DNA of 64,000 nucleotides from Dehalococcoidia bacterium (GCA_964291495.2 OZ219871.1:1312001-1376000); one strand, 5' to 3'. Positions 1 to 10,871 are shown, numbered from the stretch's first letter. Notes: a model not told the origin generated them from the sequence alone. A program made the numbers and translations.

Positions 1-135
1 CTCCAGCCCGTCCAGGTCGCGGGCGCCGACGCCTGGGTGATGCCCTCGACATCCGGCCGGGCCGCCAGCTACCGCGACGAGACGCACCGCGTGCTGCGCG
101 AACTGGCGGTCGCACTCGGCCGGGTGGCGCCGTGA
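1..135 (+). CDS. 3' end of probable mismatch-specific uracil/thymine DNA glycosylase (Mug/TDG family), partial
   Basis: Frame 1 reads LQPVQVAGADAWVMPSTSGRAASY...*, resembling the Mug/TDG C-terminal motif; stop overlaps next GTG. Confidence 0.5.
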   Translation, partial: LQPVQVAGADAWVMPSTSGRAASYRDETHRVLRELAVALGRVAP

Positions 136-647
136 GCGAGGAGCAGCGCTACCGGCCGGACGACGAGTGCCCGCTGTTCAGCGAGCGCCTCGAGGAGCTG
201 CTCGTCGCCGTCACGCGGGGCGAGTCACCGAACGCCGGGCGCTTCTGCGGCCACTGCTACCACCCGCTCGGCGAACGCACGCGGTCCTGCCCGCACTGCG
301 CCACGAGCAGCGGGGAGCGCGCGCCCGTGGACTCCGTGCCGGAGGAGATCATCGAGATGCTCCGCGCCCAGCGACAGACGGAAAGCCGGATCGTGAACGC
401 CTTCGCCTACACCGGCCTGATCATCGCCGTGCTCGGCGGGCTGGCGCTGGTCCTCGGCGTCCCGTTCCTGCGCGCCAACCTGATCTGGGCGACGGTCGTC
501 TACGCCATCGTGCTGCTGATCGGTGGTCGCGGGCTGGCGGGGTTCCTCGGTGGCTACTACGGCGACCGCATCGGCTACGAGCGCGCCCGCCGCGCGCTGC
601 GTGAGCGCTGGGCGGACTGGCTCGTGGAGCGCGACGGCGAGGGCTAG
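132..647 (+). CDS. Hypothetical membrane protein with zinc-ribbon-like CxxC pairs
   Basis: CGHC...CPHC followed by two hydrophobic helices; GTGA overlap with upstream gene. Confidence 0.6.
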   Translation: MSEEQRYRPDDECPLFSERLEELLVAVTRGESPNAGRFCGHCYHPLGERTRSCPHCATSSGERAPVDSVPEEIIEMLRAQRQTESRIVNAFAYTGLIIAVLGGLALVLGVPFLRANLIWATVVYAIVLLIGGRGLAGFLGGYYGDRIGYERARRALRERWADWLVERDGEG

Positions 648-1540
648 ACCGCCGCCGTCACGTCGATGCGGTGCTTCGCCAACTCCGCGCGGATTGCTGC
701 CTGCGAGGCCTCCGAGGGCGGGATCAGCGGCAGCCTCGGCTCGCCGGCGGTCACGCCCACCTCGTTGAGGGCGAACTTCACCGGGATCGGGTTCGACTCG
801 ATGAAGAGGATGTCCATCAGCGGCAGCAGCCGCTCGTGCAGCGCCTGCGCGTCGTCCTGGCGCCCGTCCGCCGCGGCCGTGACCATCTGCTTGATCTGGT
901 CGCCGATCAGGTGCGAGGCGACAGAGATCACTCCGTAGCCGCCCATCGCCACCATCTGCGCCGTGTCGCCGTCGTTCCCGGACCACATGCGGAAGCCCTC
1001 GGGCGCGCCATCGAGGATGGCGGCGATCTGGGCGAAGTCGCCCGACGCCTCCTTCACGCCCACGATGTTCGGCACCCCGGCCAGCCGCAGCGTCGTCTCG
1101 GCGGCCATGTTGAGCGAGGTGCGCGAGGGCACGTTGTAGAGGATGCAGGGCAGCGGCGTCGCCTCGGCGAGCGTCGTGAAGTGCCGCACCAGGCCCTCCT
1201 GGGGCGGCTTGTTGTAGTACGGCACGGTCAGCATCAGCGCGTCCATGCCCGCGTCGGCGCCCTGCGTCACCAGCTCCAGCGACTCGCCCGTCGAGTTCGT
1301 CGAGGCGCCGGCGACGAGGCCGGCGTCCGGCCCAACCGCGGCGCGCACCGCGCGCCAGACGGCGACCTGCTCCCCCATGCTCAGCGAGGGCGCCTCGCCC
1401 GTGGTGCCGGTGATCACGAGGCCGTCCGAGCCGGAGGCGAGCAGCGCCCGCGCGAGGCGGCCCAACGCCTCCTCATCAACGCCGTCGGCGTTGAAGGGCG
1501 TGACCATGGCCGTGAGCACGCGTCCGATCTCGTTTGTCAT
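644..1540 (-). CDS. dapA: 4-hydroxy-tetrahydrodipicolinate synthase
   Basis: GTTGE, YNVPSRT, GVKEASG, NPIPVK motifs. Confidence 0.95.
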   Translation of the reverse strand: MTNEIGRVLTAMVTPFNADGVDEEALGRLARALLASGSDGLVITGTTGEAPSLSMGEQVAVWRAVRAAVGPDAGLVAGASTNSTGESLELVTQGADAGMDALMLTVPYYNKPPQEGLVRHFTTLAEATPLPCILYNVPSRTSLNMAAETTLRLAGVPNIVGVKEASGDFAQIAAILDGAPEGFRMWSGNDGDTAQMVAMGGYGVISVASHLIGDQIKQMVTAAADGRQDDAQALHERLLPLMDILFIESNPIPVKFALNEVGVTAGEPRLPLIPPSEASQAAIRAELAKHRIDVTAAV

Positions 1541-1616
1541 GGCGCACCTCCGCCGGGTTCTGCCTGATGGGGTGGACGCAGCGCGTCCGCCTGCCGGTCT
1601 GTTATAGCCCTCTGGC

Positions 1617-2642
1617 CTACAGTTTGCCCCGCCGGATCAACTCCTCGGCGATCTGGATCGCGTTGGTCGCCGCGCCCTTGCGCAGGTTGTCCGTCACGCA
1701 CCAGAAGGCGACGCCGTGCTCGACGGAGCTGTCCGTGCGCAGCCGCCCGACGAAGGTGCGGTCGTCGCCCTCGCTGATGAGCGGCGTCGGGTAGACCGCC
1801 TCCGCCGGGTCGTCGAGCAGCTCAAGGCCGTCCTGTGCCTCGATCGACTCGCGCAGCGCGTCGAGCGACGCGGGGCTATCGAACTCGGCGTGGACCGCCT
1901 CGGCGTGCCCGACCATCGTCGGCACACGCACGCAGGTCGAGGAGAAGGCCAGCTCCGGCAGGTGCAGGATCTTGCGCGTCTCGTTGCGCATCTTCGCTTC
2001 CTCGCGGGTGTAGCCGTCCTCCTCGAAGTCGTCGACGTGCGGTAGCACGTTGAGGGCGATCTGGTGCGGGTACTCCTGCGGCGCGGGCAGCGGGCCGCCG
2101 CGCCCGTAGGCGCGGAGCTGCAGCGCCAGCTCCTCGACGGCGGCGGTGCCGCTGCCGGAGACCGCCTGGTACGTGGCGGCGGTCACGCGCTTCAGCGGCG
2201 CGACGTCGCGCATCGCATGCAGCGCCATGGCGAGCGGGGTGGTGGTGCAGTTGGGGATCGAGATGATGCCCTCGTGCCACTCGACGTCGTCGCCGTTGAC
2301 CTCCGGGATCACCAGCGGGACGTTCGGCTCCATGCGGAAGGCCGAGCCGTCGTCGATCAGCACGCCGCCCGCCTCCGCGATCCGCGGCCCCCAGTGCCGC
2401 GAGGCCGCCGCCGTGGCCGAGCAGAAGACGAGGTCCACGCCCTCGAGCGTCTCCTCGCTGGTCACCTCGACGGTGATCATCTCGTCGCGGAAGCGCAGCT
2501 CACGGCCGGCGGAGCGCTCGGTCGCGAGCAACCGCAGCCTCCCGATCGGGAAGTCACGCTCCGCCGCCACCTCGAGGAACACGGCCCCGACCGCGCCCGT
2601 CGCGCCGATGACGGCGACATCGAGTCCATCGTTGCTGCTCAT
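1617..2642 (-). CDS. asd: Aspartate-semialdehyde dehydrogenase
   Basis: GATGAVG, PNCTT, YQAVSG, CVRVP, DNLRKGAATNA. Confidence 0.95.
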   Translation of the reverse strand: MSSNDGLDVAVIGATGAVGAVFLEVAAERDFPIGRLRLLATERSAGRELRFRDEMITVEVTSEETLEGVDLVFCSATAAASRHWGPRIAEAGGVLIDDGSAFRMEPNVPLVIPEVNGDDVEWHEGIISIPNCTTTPLAMALHAMRDVAPLKRVTAATYQAVSGSGTAAVEELALQLRAYGRGGPLPAPQEYPHQIALNVLPHVDDFEEDGYTREEAKMRNETRKILHLPELAFSSTCVRVPTMVGHAEAVHAEFDSPASLDALRESIEAQDGLELLDDPAEAVYPTPLISEGDDRTFVGRLRTDSSVEHGVAFWCVTDNLRKGAATNAIQIAEELIRRGKL

Positions 2643-2682
2643 GGCCCGATCATATCGCGTGGCGCCCGAGCTGTGCGACGGC

Positions 2683-3474
2683 CTACGCCAGCCCGATCAG
2701 CGCATCGAGGCCGTAGACGAGGCTTTCGCGCTGCATCACTTCGCGTACGGCGAGCAGCACGCCCGGCATGAACGAGTCGCGGCCCGTCGAGTCGTGGCGC
2801 AGCGTCAGCGTCTGGCCCGTGCCGCCGAAGATCACCTCCTGGTGCGCCACCAGGCCCGGCAACCGCACCGAGTGCAGCGCGACGCCGCCCAGCTCCGCGC
2901 CCCGCGCGCCCTCGACCGCCTCGAGCTCCGACGTGCGGTGCGTGAAGTCGCTGCCGCGCGCCTCGCGCATCAGTTGGGCCGTCGCGACGGCCGTGCCGGA
3001 CGGCGAGTCGACCTTGCCGTCGTGATGCAACTCGATCACCTCGACAGCGTCGAAGTGCGGCGCGGCGAGCGTCGCGAGGTGCATGAGCACCACCGCACCG
3101 AGGGCGAAGTTGGGCGCGACCACGCCGCCGAGGGCGCGCTCCACCAAGCGCTCGCGCAGCGTCGCGACAAACTCGTCCGGCTGGCCCGAGGTGCCGATCA
3201 CCGGGCGCACGCCGTGCGCGAGGCAGGCCTCGGCGAGCGTCGGCGTGAACGCCGCGTTCGTGAAGTCGACCACCACGTCCGGCGTCAGCTCTCCGAGCAG
3301 CGCCCCCGGGTCCGGAGCGAGCGGGTACGTCGCCCCGTTCGCCGCCTCGAGCTCCCCCGCCTCCGTCGCGAGCGGCTCGATGATGCCGACAGGCTCGATG
3401 TCCTCGGCCGCCTCGAGCGTGGCGAGGACCTGCGCGCCCATGTTGCCGCTTCCGCTGACCACTGCCCGGATCAT
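2683..3474 (-). CDS. dapB: 4-hydroxy-tetrahydrodipicolinate reductase
   Basis: DFT, APNFALG, ELHHDGKVDSPSGTA, HSVRLPG. Confidence 0.95.
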   Translation of the reverse strand: MIRAVVSGSGNMGAQVLATLEAAEDIEPVGIIEPLATEAGELEAANGATYPLAPDPGALLGELTPDVVVDFTNAAFTPTLAEACLAHGVRPVIGTSGQPDEFVATLRERLVERALGGVVAPNFALGAVVLMHLATLAAPHFDAVEVIELHHDGKVDSPSGTAVATAQLMREARGSDFTHRTSELEAVEGARGAELGGVALHSVRLPGLVAHQEVIFGGTGQTLTLRHDSTGRDSFMPGVLLAVREVMQRESLVYGLDALIGLA

Positions 3475-3582
3475 CGCCTGCCTCCCGCCCTCATCGCCCG
3501 TCCGCGCTGCGCGCCCGCAACGACTGCGCCCCGCCTGTTGGGGCGGGGCGCAAGTGTAGCGACTCGGTTCAGGGCCTCGGGG

Positions 3583-6000
3583 CTACCAGCGGCGACCGCC
3601 GCCCCCGCCGCCGCGGCTACCGCCGTCGCGGTCTCCGCCACCACGGCCTCCGCCGCCACCGTCACGACCGCGGCCGCCACCGGAGCCACCGCGGCCTCCG
3701 CCGTCTCGACCTCGGCCGCCGCCGCCGCCGCGGCCACCACGACCGCCACGACCCTCGCCACCGCGGTTGCCGCCACGGCCTCCGCCGTCGCGACCACGGC
3801 CGCCGCCTCGACCACCGCCGCCGCGGCCTCCGCGACCACCGGCGAAGGCAGGCTCGCGCTGCGGCTCGTCGGCGCCGTCCGCGAGGCCGACGCGCTCGCT
3901 GCCGTCCTCGCCGTCGCGCAGGCGGGCGAGATTGATGCGCCCGAGGTTGTCGATCTCGATCACCTGGACGCGCAGCACGTCGCCCTCGGAGACCTCGTCC
4001 TCGACGCGGTTGACGTGGTAGTCGGCCAGGTCGGAGATGTGCACCAGGCCGTCCTTGCCCGGCAGGATCTCGACGAACGCGCCGAAGGCCATGATCCGGC
4101 TGACGGGGCCTTCGTAGACCTCGCCGACCTCGATCTCCTTGGTGAGCCCGCGGATCGTGTCGATCGCCTTGCGGACGCCCTCGGCGTCGGTGCCGGCGAC
4201 GAGCACGGTGCCGTCGTCCTCGACCGTGATGTTCGAGCCCGTCTCCTCCTGGATGGCGTTGATGACGCGCCCGCCCGGGCCGATCACCGTGCCGATCTTC
4301 TCGCGGTCGATCTCGATCCGCTCAACGCGCGGCGCGTATGGCGACATCTCGTCGCGCGGCTCCGCGATCGCCTCGAGCATCACCTCGAGGATCGTCATGC
4401 GCGCCTCGCGCGCTCGCTCGAAGACCGTCTCGAGCAGACCGTCCGGCAGCGACTGCAGCTTGATGTCGAGCTGCAGCGCGGTCACGCCGCGCTCCGTGCC
4501 GGCGACCTTGAAGTCCATGTCGCCGAGGCCGTCCTCGATGCCCGCGATGTCCGTGAGCACGCGATAGTCATCGCCGTCGCCGGTGATCAGGCCCATCGCG
4601 ATGCCTGCCACGGGCGCCGTGATCGGCACCCCGGCGTCCATCAGCGCCAGCGTCGAGCCGCACACCGAGCCCATCGAGGTCGAACCGTTGGACATCAGCG
4701 CGTCGGAGACGACGCGCAGCGCGTAGGGGAACTCCTCGCTGTCCGGCAGCACCGGCTCCAGCGCCCGCTCGGCGAGCAGCCCGTGGCCGATCTCGCGGCG
4801 GCCGGGGCCGCGCAGGAAGCGCGCCTCGCCGACCGAGTAGGGCGGGAAGTTGTAGTGGTGCATGTAGCGCTTGAACTGCGTCGGCGCGAGCGTGTCGAGT
4901 CGCTGGCGATCGCCGAGCGGGCCGAGCGTCGCCACCGACAGGATCTGCGTCCCGCCGCGGCGGAACAGGCCGCTGCCATGCGCGCGCGGCAGCAAGCCGA
5001 CCGAGGAGTGGAGGCCGCGCACCTGCTCGATCTCGCGGTCGTCGGGGCGCAGGCCGTCATCGAGGATGCGCCGCCGCACCAGCTTCTTGATCTCGCCCTC
5101 GACCGCGTTGCGCACGGTCCGGGCGTCCAGTTCCTCGTCGCCGATCGCCGCGTAGACCTCCTTGCCGAGGGCGTCGACGCCGCGCCAGCCCTCGCCCTGC
5201 ACGGCGGCGAGCATCTCGGCGTCGCGGCCGACGAGCGCCTCGGCGACGCGCTCCTCCAGCTCCGTGTCCGGCGCGGGCGGTTCGAACGAAGCCTTCTCCT
5301 GGCCAAGCGCCTCGGAGATCTCGCGCTGCAGCGCGTTGAGCTTCGCGATCACGCCCTGGGCGTACTCGATCGCCTCGATCACCTCGGCCTCGGGCACCTC
5401 GCTGGCGCCCGCCTCGATCATCACGATCGAGTCCTCGGTGCCGGCGACGATCAGGTCGAGGTCGGACTCCTCGATCTCCTCGTAGGTGGGCAGTGCCTTG
5501 AACTCGCCCTCGACGCGCGCGACGCGCACCGAGGAGACCGGGCCCTCGAAGGGAATGCTGGAGAGGCCCAGCACCGTCGAGGCGGCCGTGGTGCCGAAGA
5601 CGTCGGCCGGGTTCTCGCGGTCCGCGGAGAGCGTGGTCAGCACCACCTGGATCTCGCGGCGGAAGCCCTTGGGGAAGAGCGGCCGGATCGGGCGGTCGGT
5701 CATCCGCGCGGCGAGGATCGCCTCGTTACCGGGGCGTCCCTCACGACGGAAGAACGAGCCGGGGATCTTCCCGATCGCGTACATCCGCTCCTCGAAGTCG
5801 ATGGTCAGGGGGAAGAAGTCGATGCCCTCGCGCGCGTCGTCCTCGGCGACGGTCGCGAGGATCATCGTGTCGCCGTAGCGGACGGTGCAGGCGGCGGCGG
5901 CGTTGAGGGCCAGCAGCCCCACGCCGACGGTGAAGGGCTTGCCCTCGATCTCCGTGCTGAAGGTTCGTTCTTCGGTCTCAAGTCGCTGAGCGTTGGTCAT
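3583..6000 (-). CDS. pnp: Polyribonucleotide nucleotidyltransferase with Gly/Arg-rich C-terminal tail
   Basis: GKIPGSFFRREG, RREIGHG, SNGSTSMGSVC, DMDFKVAG, KH and S1 domains; start placed at ATG 6000. Confidence 0.95.
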   Translation of the reverse strand: MTNAQRLETEERTFSTEIEGKPFTVGVGLLALNAAAACTVRYGDTMILATVAEDDAREGIDFFPLTIDFEERMYAIGKIPGSFFRREGRPGNEAILAARMTDRPIRPLFPKGFRREIQVVLTTLSADRENPADVFGTTAASTVLGLSSIPFEGPVSSVRVARVEGEFKALPTYEEIEESDLDLIVAGTEDSIVMIEAGASEVPEAEVIEAIEYAQGVIAKLNALQREISEALGQEKASFEPPAPDTELEERVAEALVGRDAEMLAAVQGEGWRGVDALGKEVYAAIGDEELDARTVRNAVEGEIKKLVRRRILDDGLRPDDREIEQVRGLHSSVGLLPRAHGSGLFRRGGTQILSVATLGPLGDRQRLDTLAPTQFKRYMHHYNFPPYSVGEARFLRGPGRREIGHGLLAERALEPVLPDSEEFPYALRVVSDALMSNGSTSMGSVCGSTLALMDAGVPITAPVAGIAMGLITGDGDDYRVLTDIAGIEDGLGDMDFKVAGTERGVTALQLDIKLQSLPDGLLETVFERAREARMTILEVMLEAIAEPRDEMSPYAPRVERIEIDREKIGTVIGPGGRVINAIQEETGSNITVEDDGTVLVAGTDAEGVRKAIDTIRGLTKEIEVGEVYEGPVSRIMAFGAFVEILPGKDGLVHISDLADYHVNRVEDEVSEGDVLRVQVIEIDNLGRINLARLRDGEDGSERVGLADGADEPQREPAFAGGRGGRGGGGRGGGRGRDGGGRGGNRGGEGRGGRGGRGGGGGRGRDGGGRGGSGGGRGRDGGGGGRGGGDRDGGSRGGGGGGRRW

Positions 6001-6169
6001 GCTCGCCTTCCTCGGGTGCGCGCGCGACGCGGCGCCCCGCTCTCTCGTAGCTGCTGGGTGGTTGTTCGGATCGGTGTGCTCCCTCGTCCTCTTCCTGCGC
6101 GCGCGCATGGCGCCGCGCATCTCGCGTGCGATTGGTCGTGCCGGGGCGGGGAAGGGGTGGCGGGGTGCG

Positions 6170-6436
6170 CTAGCGGCGCAGCCCCAGCCTGCCGATCAGC
6201 GTGCGGTAGCGCCCCACGTCCTTCTTGCTGAGGTAGCGGAGCTGACGGCGGCGCTGGCCGACAAGCTTGAGCAGGCCGCGCCGCGTGTCGTAGTCGTGCG
6301 TATGCGTGCGGAGGTGTTCCGTCAAGTGGTTGATGCGATCGGTAAGTAGCGCGACCTGCACCTCGGGGGAGCCGGTGTCTCCCTCGTGTGTCTGGTACTC
6401 GGCAATGAGGTCGCGCTTGCGCTCCACGGAGGTCAT
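6170..6436 (-). CDS. rpsO: 30S ribosomal protein S15
   Basis: [26 protein letters not shown]; rpsO-pnp synteny; start at ATG 6436. Confidence 0.95.
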   Translation of the reverse strand: MTSVERKRDLIAEYQTHEGDTGSPEVQVALLTDRINHLTEHLRTHTHDYDTRRGLLKLVGQRRRQLRYLSKKDVGRYRTLIGRLGLRR

Positions 6437-6654
6437 GCGTTGGTTCTGGTCTGTCCTTGTTCTGCTGCTATGTCCACCACGCCTGCACACACCGCTCCGG
6501 TCTTCCCCGACCGGGCGATAGCCGCTTGCTCCCTCCGGCGCCTGCCCTCGGGCCGGGCGCATCCTCGCGCCCGCGGCTACGGAAACACGCTACCACGCGG
6601 TTTCGGCGAGGGGCAATGAGGGTGCGCAGAACGCCGCAGGCGCGACCGGCGCGG

Positions 6655-7518
6655 CTACGACGCGCCGGACCTGAGCCCTCGGGTCGGGCGCTGCGCGGGT
6701 CGTGGCAGCGACGGGCGCGAGGGGACCATGCCGGCCCACTTCCCCAGCCAGTAGCGAATCCGCGGGTAGCCGACCCGGTGCAGCGCCAGCGTCAGGCCCA
6801 GCGCCACGCCGCAGACCACGAGCCCCGCGAGGCCGTCGAAGATGTAGTGGTTGCCCGTCCCCACCACCGCGACCGACTGCAGCACGAAGGTGACGATCGA
6901 AGCTCCGCGCAGCCACGGGTTGCGCGTCGCCGCGAACACGCCGACGGCGAGCAGCAGCGCCCACCCGACGTGCAACGAGGGCACCGCCGCGAAGGGATTG
7001 ACGAACGGCTGGAGCGACTGCGCCTGGTAGGAGAGGTTGTCGTAGACCGCGAGCGTGTCGATGAAGCCCCACTCGCTCAGGAAGCGGGGCGGAGCGACCG
7101 GATAGAGCCAGTAGATCACGAGCGCGATCCCGCCGGAGATCAGGATCGAGTCGCGCGTCAGCGTGTAGGCGCTGCGCCGCTTCCAGAACATCACCAGCGC
7201 CACTGCCACGATCAGCGGGAAGTCCATCCAGAAGTAGACGAAGTTCAGCGCGCGCCGCAGCAGCTCGTATTCGAGCACCCAGGCCTGGAACGCCGGCTCG
7301 ACGAAGAGCCCCCACGAGTATTGGAGGTTCACGATCCAGTGCGCGTTCGCAAAGGCGTCGGCGGTGCGGTCCACCACCGCGCCGCGTACGAGGAAGTAGA
7401 GCAGGAAGCCGAGCGCGACGAGCCCCAGCTCCGAGGCGTCCCACCAGCTCAGGCCCTTGCGCCTCGGATCGGTCGAGAGGAAGAGATAGCGCGCAAGCCG
7501 CGCTCGCAATGCGTTCAT
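6655..7518 (-). CDS. PAP2-family (Aur1/IPC synthase-like) membrane phosphoesterase
   Basis: PVAPPR, AAVPSLHVG, NHYxxD motifs, several TM helices; start placed at ATG 7518. Confidence 0.8.
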   Translation of the reverse strand: MNALRARLARYLFLSTDPRRKGLSWWDASELGLVALGFLLYFLVRGAVVDRTADAFANAHWIVNLQYSWGLFVEPAFQAWVLEYELLRRALNFVYFWMDFPLIVAVALVMFWKRRSAYTLTRDSILISGGIALVIYWLYPVAPPRFLSEWGFIDTLAVYDNLSYQAQSLQPFVNPFAAVPSLHVGWALLLAVGVFAATRNPWLRGASIVTFVLQSVAVVGTGNHYIFDGLAGLVVCGVALGLTLALHRVGYPRIRYWLGKWAGMVPSRPSLPRPAQRPTRGLRSGAS

Positions 7519-7647
7519 CGCGATGCCCTGCACCTGTGTCCCCGCCGGCCCGGCTGCCTGCCCGCGTGCCGCGCCGCCCAGTAATGATAGCGTACGCTCG
7601 CACGCGTTCATCACTCGCATATCCCAAGGCTGCGAAAGGAGCCCCCG

Positions 7648-9150
7648 GTGGAGATCAACGTCACAAGCGGCGACCTGGCGGCCCAGCAGGTAGACACGAT
7701 CGTCGTCGCGTTGCCCGAGGAGACGCGCCGCCTCGGCGGCGCGGCGGCCGCCCTCGACCAGGCGCTCGACGGCGCGATCACCGCGCTGCTGCGCTCCGGC
7801 CTGGCGCCCGGACGCGCGAACGAGGCCACGCCGATCGCCACGGGCGGCCGCATCCCCGCCGCCCGCGTCGTCGTGCAGGGACTCGGCAAGCGCGAGCAGC
7901 TGACGCCCGACCGGCTGCGCAACCAGACCGCCGGCCTGGCGCGCGCGCTGCGCGGCCTGGACGCCGGCAGCGTTGCCCTCTCCACGCAGGGCGGCGCCCG
8001 CGCCACCAGCGACGCAACCGAGACGGGCCGCATCCTCGCCGAGGCCTTCGAGCTCGGCCTCTACCGCTTCGACCAGCACCGCACCCGCGCGCAGGACAAG
8101 CCGCGCGGCTCCGTCTCCGCGCTGACCATCGTCGAGACCTCGCGGCGGCGCGCGCGGGCCGCCGAGCAGGGGGTGCACAGCGGAACAATCCTCGCCGAGG
8201 CCCAGAACTTCACGCGCGACCTTGCCAACTCGCCCGCCAACCTGATGACCCCGAGCGATGTCGCCGAGCGCGCCCAGGCGCGCGCCGACGAGCTGGGCCT
8301 CGAGTGCGAGGTGATCGAGCGCGCCGCGGCCGAGCGGATGGGCATGAACTCCTACCTCTCCGTCGCGCAGGGCTCGCAGCAGCCTCCGAAGTTCATCGTG
8401 CTGCGCTACCGCGGCGGCCGCGGCCGCCGCAGCATCGGGCTTGTGGGCAAGGGCATCACCTTCGACACGGGCGGGATCTCGCTGAAGCCCCCGGCGAACA
8501 TGGAGCGGATGAAGGGCGACATGAGCGGGGCAGCCGCGGTGATCGGCGCGATCGGCGCCATCGCCCGCCTCGAGCCAGCCGTCAACGTGACCGCGATCGC
8601 GCCCTGCACCGAGAACATGCCGAGTGGAACGGCGACCAAACCCGGCGATGTCTTCTACGCGATGGACGGACAGTCGATCGAGGTGATCAACACCGACGCG
8701 GAGGGCCGCCTCGTCCTCGCAGACGCCCTCGCCTACGCGAAGTCGCAGGGCTGCACGCCGCTCGTCGACGTGGCGACGCTGACCGGGGCGATGGCGATCG
8801 CGCTCGGCAACGTGCGGGTCGGCGTCTTCGCGAACAACGACAGGCTCTACGCCGACCTCGAGCGCGCCGCGTCCGCCTCGGGCGAGAAGCTCTGGCGCTT
8901 CCCGCTCGACGCCGAGTACGACGAGCAGATCCGCTCGGACGTGGCGGACATCAAGAACACAGGCGGCCGCGGCGCCGGCTCAATCACCGCAGCGAAGTTC
9001 CTGCATCGCTTCGCCGGCGACACTCCCTGGGCCCACTTCGACATCGCCGGAGTGATGGACGCGGACCGCGACCGCGGGGTGCTGGTCAAGGGCAACGCCG
9101 GCGCCGCGACGCGCACGCTCGTCCACTACGCCCTCAACCGCGCGCGCTGA
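7648..9150 (+). CDS. pepA: Leucyl aminopeptidase (M17)
   Basis: VGKGITFDTGG, MKGDMSG, NTDAEGRL. Confidence 0.95.
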   Translation: MEINVTSGDLAAQQVDTIVVALPEETRRLGGAAAALDQALDGAITALLRSGLAPGRANEATPIATGGRIPAARVVVQGLGKREQLTPDRLRNQTAGLARALRGLDAGSVALSTQGGARATSDATETGRILAEAFELGLYRFDQHRTRAQDKPRGSVSALTIVETSRRRARAAEQGVHSGTILAEAQNFTRDLANSPANLMTPSDVAERAQARADELGLECEVIERAAAERMGMNSYLSVAQGSQQPPKFIVLRYRGGRGRRSIGLVGKGITFDTGGISLKPPANMERMKGDMSGAAAVIGAIGAIARLEPAVNVTAIAPCTENMPSGTATKPGDVFYAMDGQSIEVINTDAEGRLVLADALAYAKSQGCTPLVDVATLTGAMAIALGNVRVGVFANNDRLYADLERAASASGEKLWRFPLDAEYDEQIRSDVADIKNTGGRGAGSITAAKFLHRFAGDTPWAHFDIAGVMDADRDRGVLVKGNAGAATRTLVHYALNRAR

Positions 9151-9193
9151 GCCCCGGCTCGGGGGTACGCAGCCGGGCCGGGGTGCGAGGCGG

Positions 9194-10543
9194 CTAGGCG
9201 ACCTCGCGGGCGCGCTCGACCAGCTCGCGCAGCGTGGCGATGTCGCGCTTCGTCTCCGGGTCGACCTGGACAGAGCGCTCCATCTTGCTCCAGCCGTGGT
9301 GGACCGTGGAGTGGTCGCGGCCTCCGAGGGTCTGGCCGATCTCGGCGAGTGAGCGGTGCGCGAGCTCGCGCATCAGGTACATCGCCAGCTGCCGCGGGTA
9401 GGCGACGCGCTTCTCGCGGCTCTTGGAGAGCAGCGCCTCGCGGTCGATCTCGAAGTAGCGGCAGACCACGTCGAGGATCGCCTCCGGCGAGGGCGGCAGC
9501 CGCGGTTCGGTCGGGTCGAGCGAGGCGAGCGCGGATTGCACGAGCGCCGGTTCGATCGGCTCGCCCGTGAGCCGCGAGTAGGCGACGACGCGCGTGAGCG
9601 AGCCCTCGAGCTCGCGGATGTTGCTGGTGAAGCGCCGCGCGATCACGTGCAGGGCCTCGTCGTTGACGTGCACGCGCTGCTCCTCCGCCTTGGAGCGCAG
9701 GATCGCGACCCTTGTCTCCAGGTCGGGCGCCTGGATGTCGGCGATCATCCCCCACTCGAAGCGCGATCGGAGGCGCTCCTCGAGGTCCGGGATCAGCACC
9801 GGGCTCTTGTCCGAGGTGATCACGATCTGGCGTTCCGCCTCGTAGAGGCTGTTGAAGGTGTGGAACAGCTCCTCCTGCGTGGCTTCCTTGCCGCCGACGA
9901 ACTGGATGTCGTCGATCAGCAGCGCGTCCGCCGAGCGGTAGCGGGCCCGGAACTCCTCTTGCGTCCGCTGTTGAATCGCCGTCACAAGGTCGTTCGTGAA
10001 CTGCTCCGCGGAGATGTACGTGATCTGCCGGCCGGCGCGAACGAGGCGGTGGCCGATGCCCTGCAGGAGATGCGTCTTGCCCAAGCCGACCGCCCCGTAC
10101 AGGAACAGCGGGTTGTGCAGCGTGCCGGGAGAATCGGCCACGCCCTCGGCGGCGGCGAACGCGAGGTGGTTGCCCGGGCCGACGATGAACGTGTCGAAGA
10201 CGTAGCGGGTATGCAGCCTCGGGCGCGGGTAGACGGGCCCCGCCGGCTGGGCCGCGCCGCCGCGCTGGAGCAGCGGCGAGTCGTCCGCGGGCGCTTGCAA
10301 GGGCTCGAACGCGACCTCCAGGGGCCGATCGGCGAGATCCGTGAGCGTGCGCACGATCAGCGGACGCAGGCGCTGCTGCAGCCACTCGGTCACGAACTCC
10401 GAGCGCGTGCCGATGATCAGCGTGGAGCCGTCGAGGCGGACACCCTCCGTGTCGGCGAGCCAGGTCTGGAAGTTGGCTTCAGAAACGTGCTGCCGGAGGT
10501 AGCGCAGTGCGGACTGCCAGAGCTGCGCCGGGTCTTGTTGCAC
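9194..10543 (-). CDS. dnaA: Chromosomal replication initiator
   Basis: [38 protein letters not shown]. Confidence 0.97.
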   Translation of the reverse strand: MQQDPAQLWQSALRYLRQHVSEANFQTWLADTEGVRLDGSTLIIGTRSEFVTEWLQQRLRPLIVRTLTDLADRPLEVAFEPLQAPADDSPLLQRGGAAQPAGPVYPRPRLHTRYVFDTFIVGPGNHLAFAAAEGVADSPGTLHNPLFLYGAVGLGKTHLLQGIGHRLVRAGRQITYISAEQFTNDLVTAIQQRTQEEFRARYRSADALLIDDIQFVGGKEATQEELFHTFNSLYEAERQIVITSDKSPVLIPDLEERLRSRFEWGMIADIQAPDLETRVAILRSKAEEQRVHVNDEALHVIARRFTSNIRELEGSLTRVVAYSRLTGEPIEPALVQSALASLDPTEPRLPPSPEAILDVVCRYFEIDREALLSKSREKRVAYPRQLAMYLMRELAHRSLAEIGQTLGGRDHSTVHHGWSKMERSVQVDPETKRDIATLRELVERAREVA

Positions 10544-10862
10544 CCTTGTGGCCCTCCGGCGCTCCGGCGGCGGCCTGACGCAGAAACGCGCGCCGGGCGA
10601 CCACGCCCCGTACGGATGTCAACGAGCAATGCACACGTGTTGGCAAACACGCGAACGCGACCACTGGCCCCGCTGTGTCTATCCAGGGCCAGCCGCTCCC
10701 TCGCCCCCGCGATTCCAGCTTCGAGGGTGACCCTACGTGATTCCAATGCCCTTGGCAGACGGGAGGCTAGCGAACCAGCGGCTTCCTCGACAAGCCTGTT
10801 ATGTGAGCATCGCAGTGGTTTCCCCGGCACTTTATGCGGTTCGGGATGATGTTGGGATGAAC

Positions 10863-10871
10863 TGTGTATAA
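10863..10871 (-). promoter_or_regulatory. DnaA box in dnaA/coaX divergent intergenic region
   Basis: TGTGTATAA = TTATACACA on minus strand, fitting TTATNCACA; overlaps TATAAT (10867-10872), a possible -10 for coaX. Confidence 0.6.

Noticed and set aside
3590-3840. GC-rich short repeats as a possible CRISPR array or VNTR
   Set aside because: No constant repeat/spacer period and no cas genes; they encode the PNPase Gly/Arg tail.
2146-6231. 1361-aa plus-strand ORF
   Set aside because: Antisense shadow of asd/dapB/pnp/rpsO caused by high-GC codon bias; no motifs.
6437-6600. Possible S15 autoregulatory leader RNA
   Set aside because: Position is plausible and small hairpins exist, but I could not match a known structure by eye; needs a covariance model search.
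10631-10642. GCAC-ACGT-GTTG as a LexA box upstream of dnaA
   Set aside because: Two mismatches to GAAC-N4-GTTC; too weak without a matrix.
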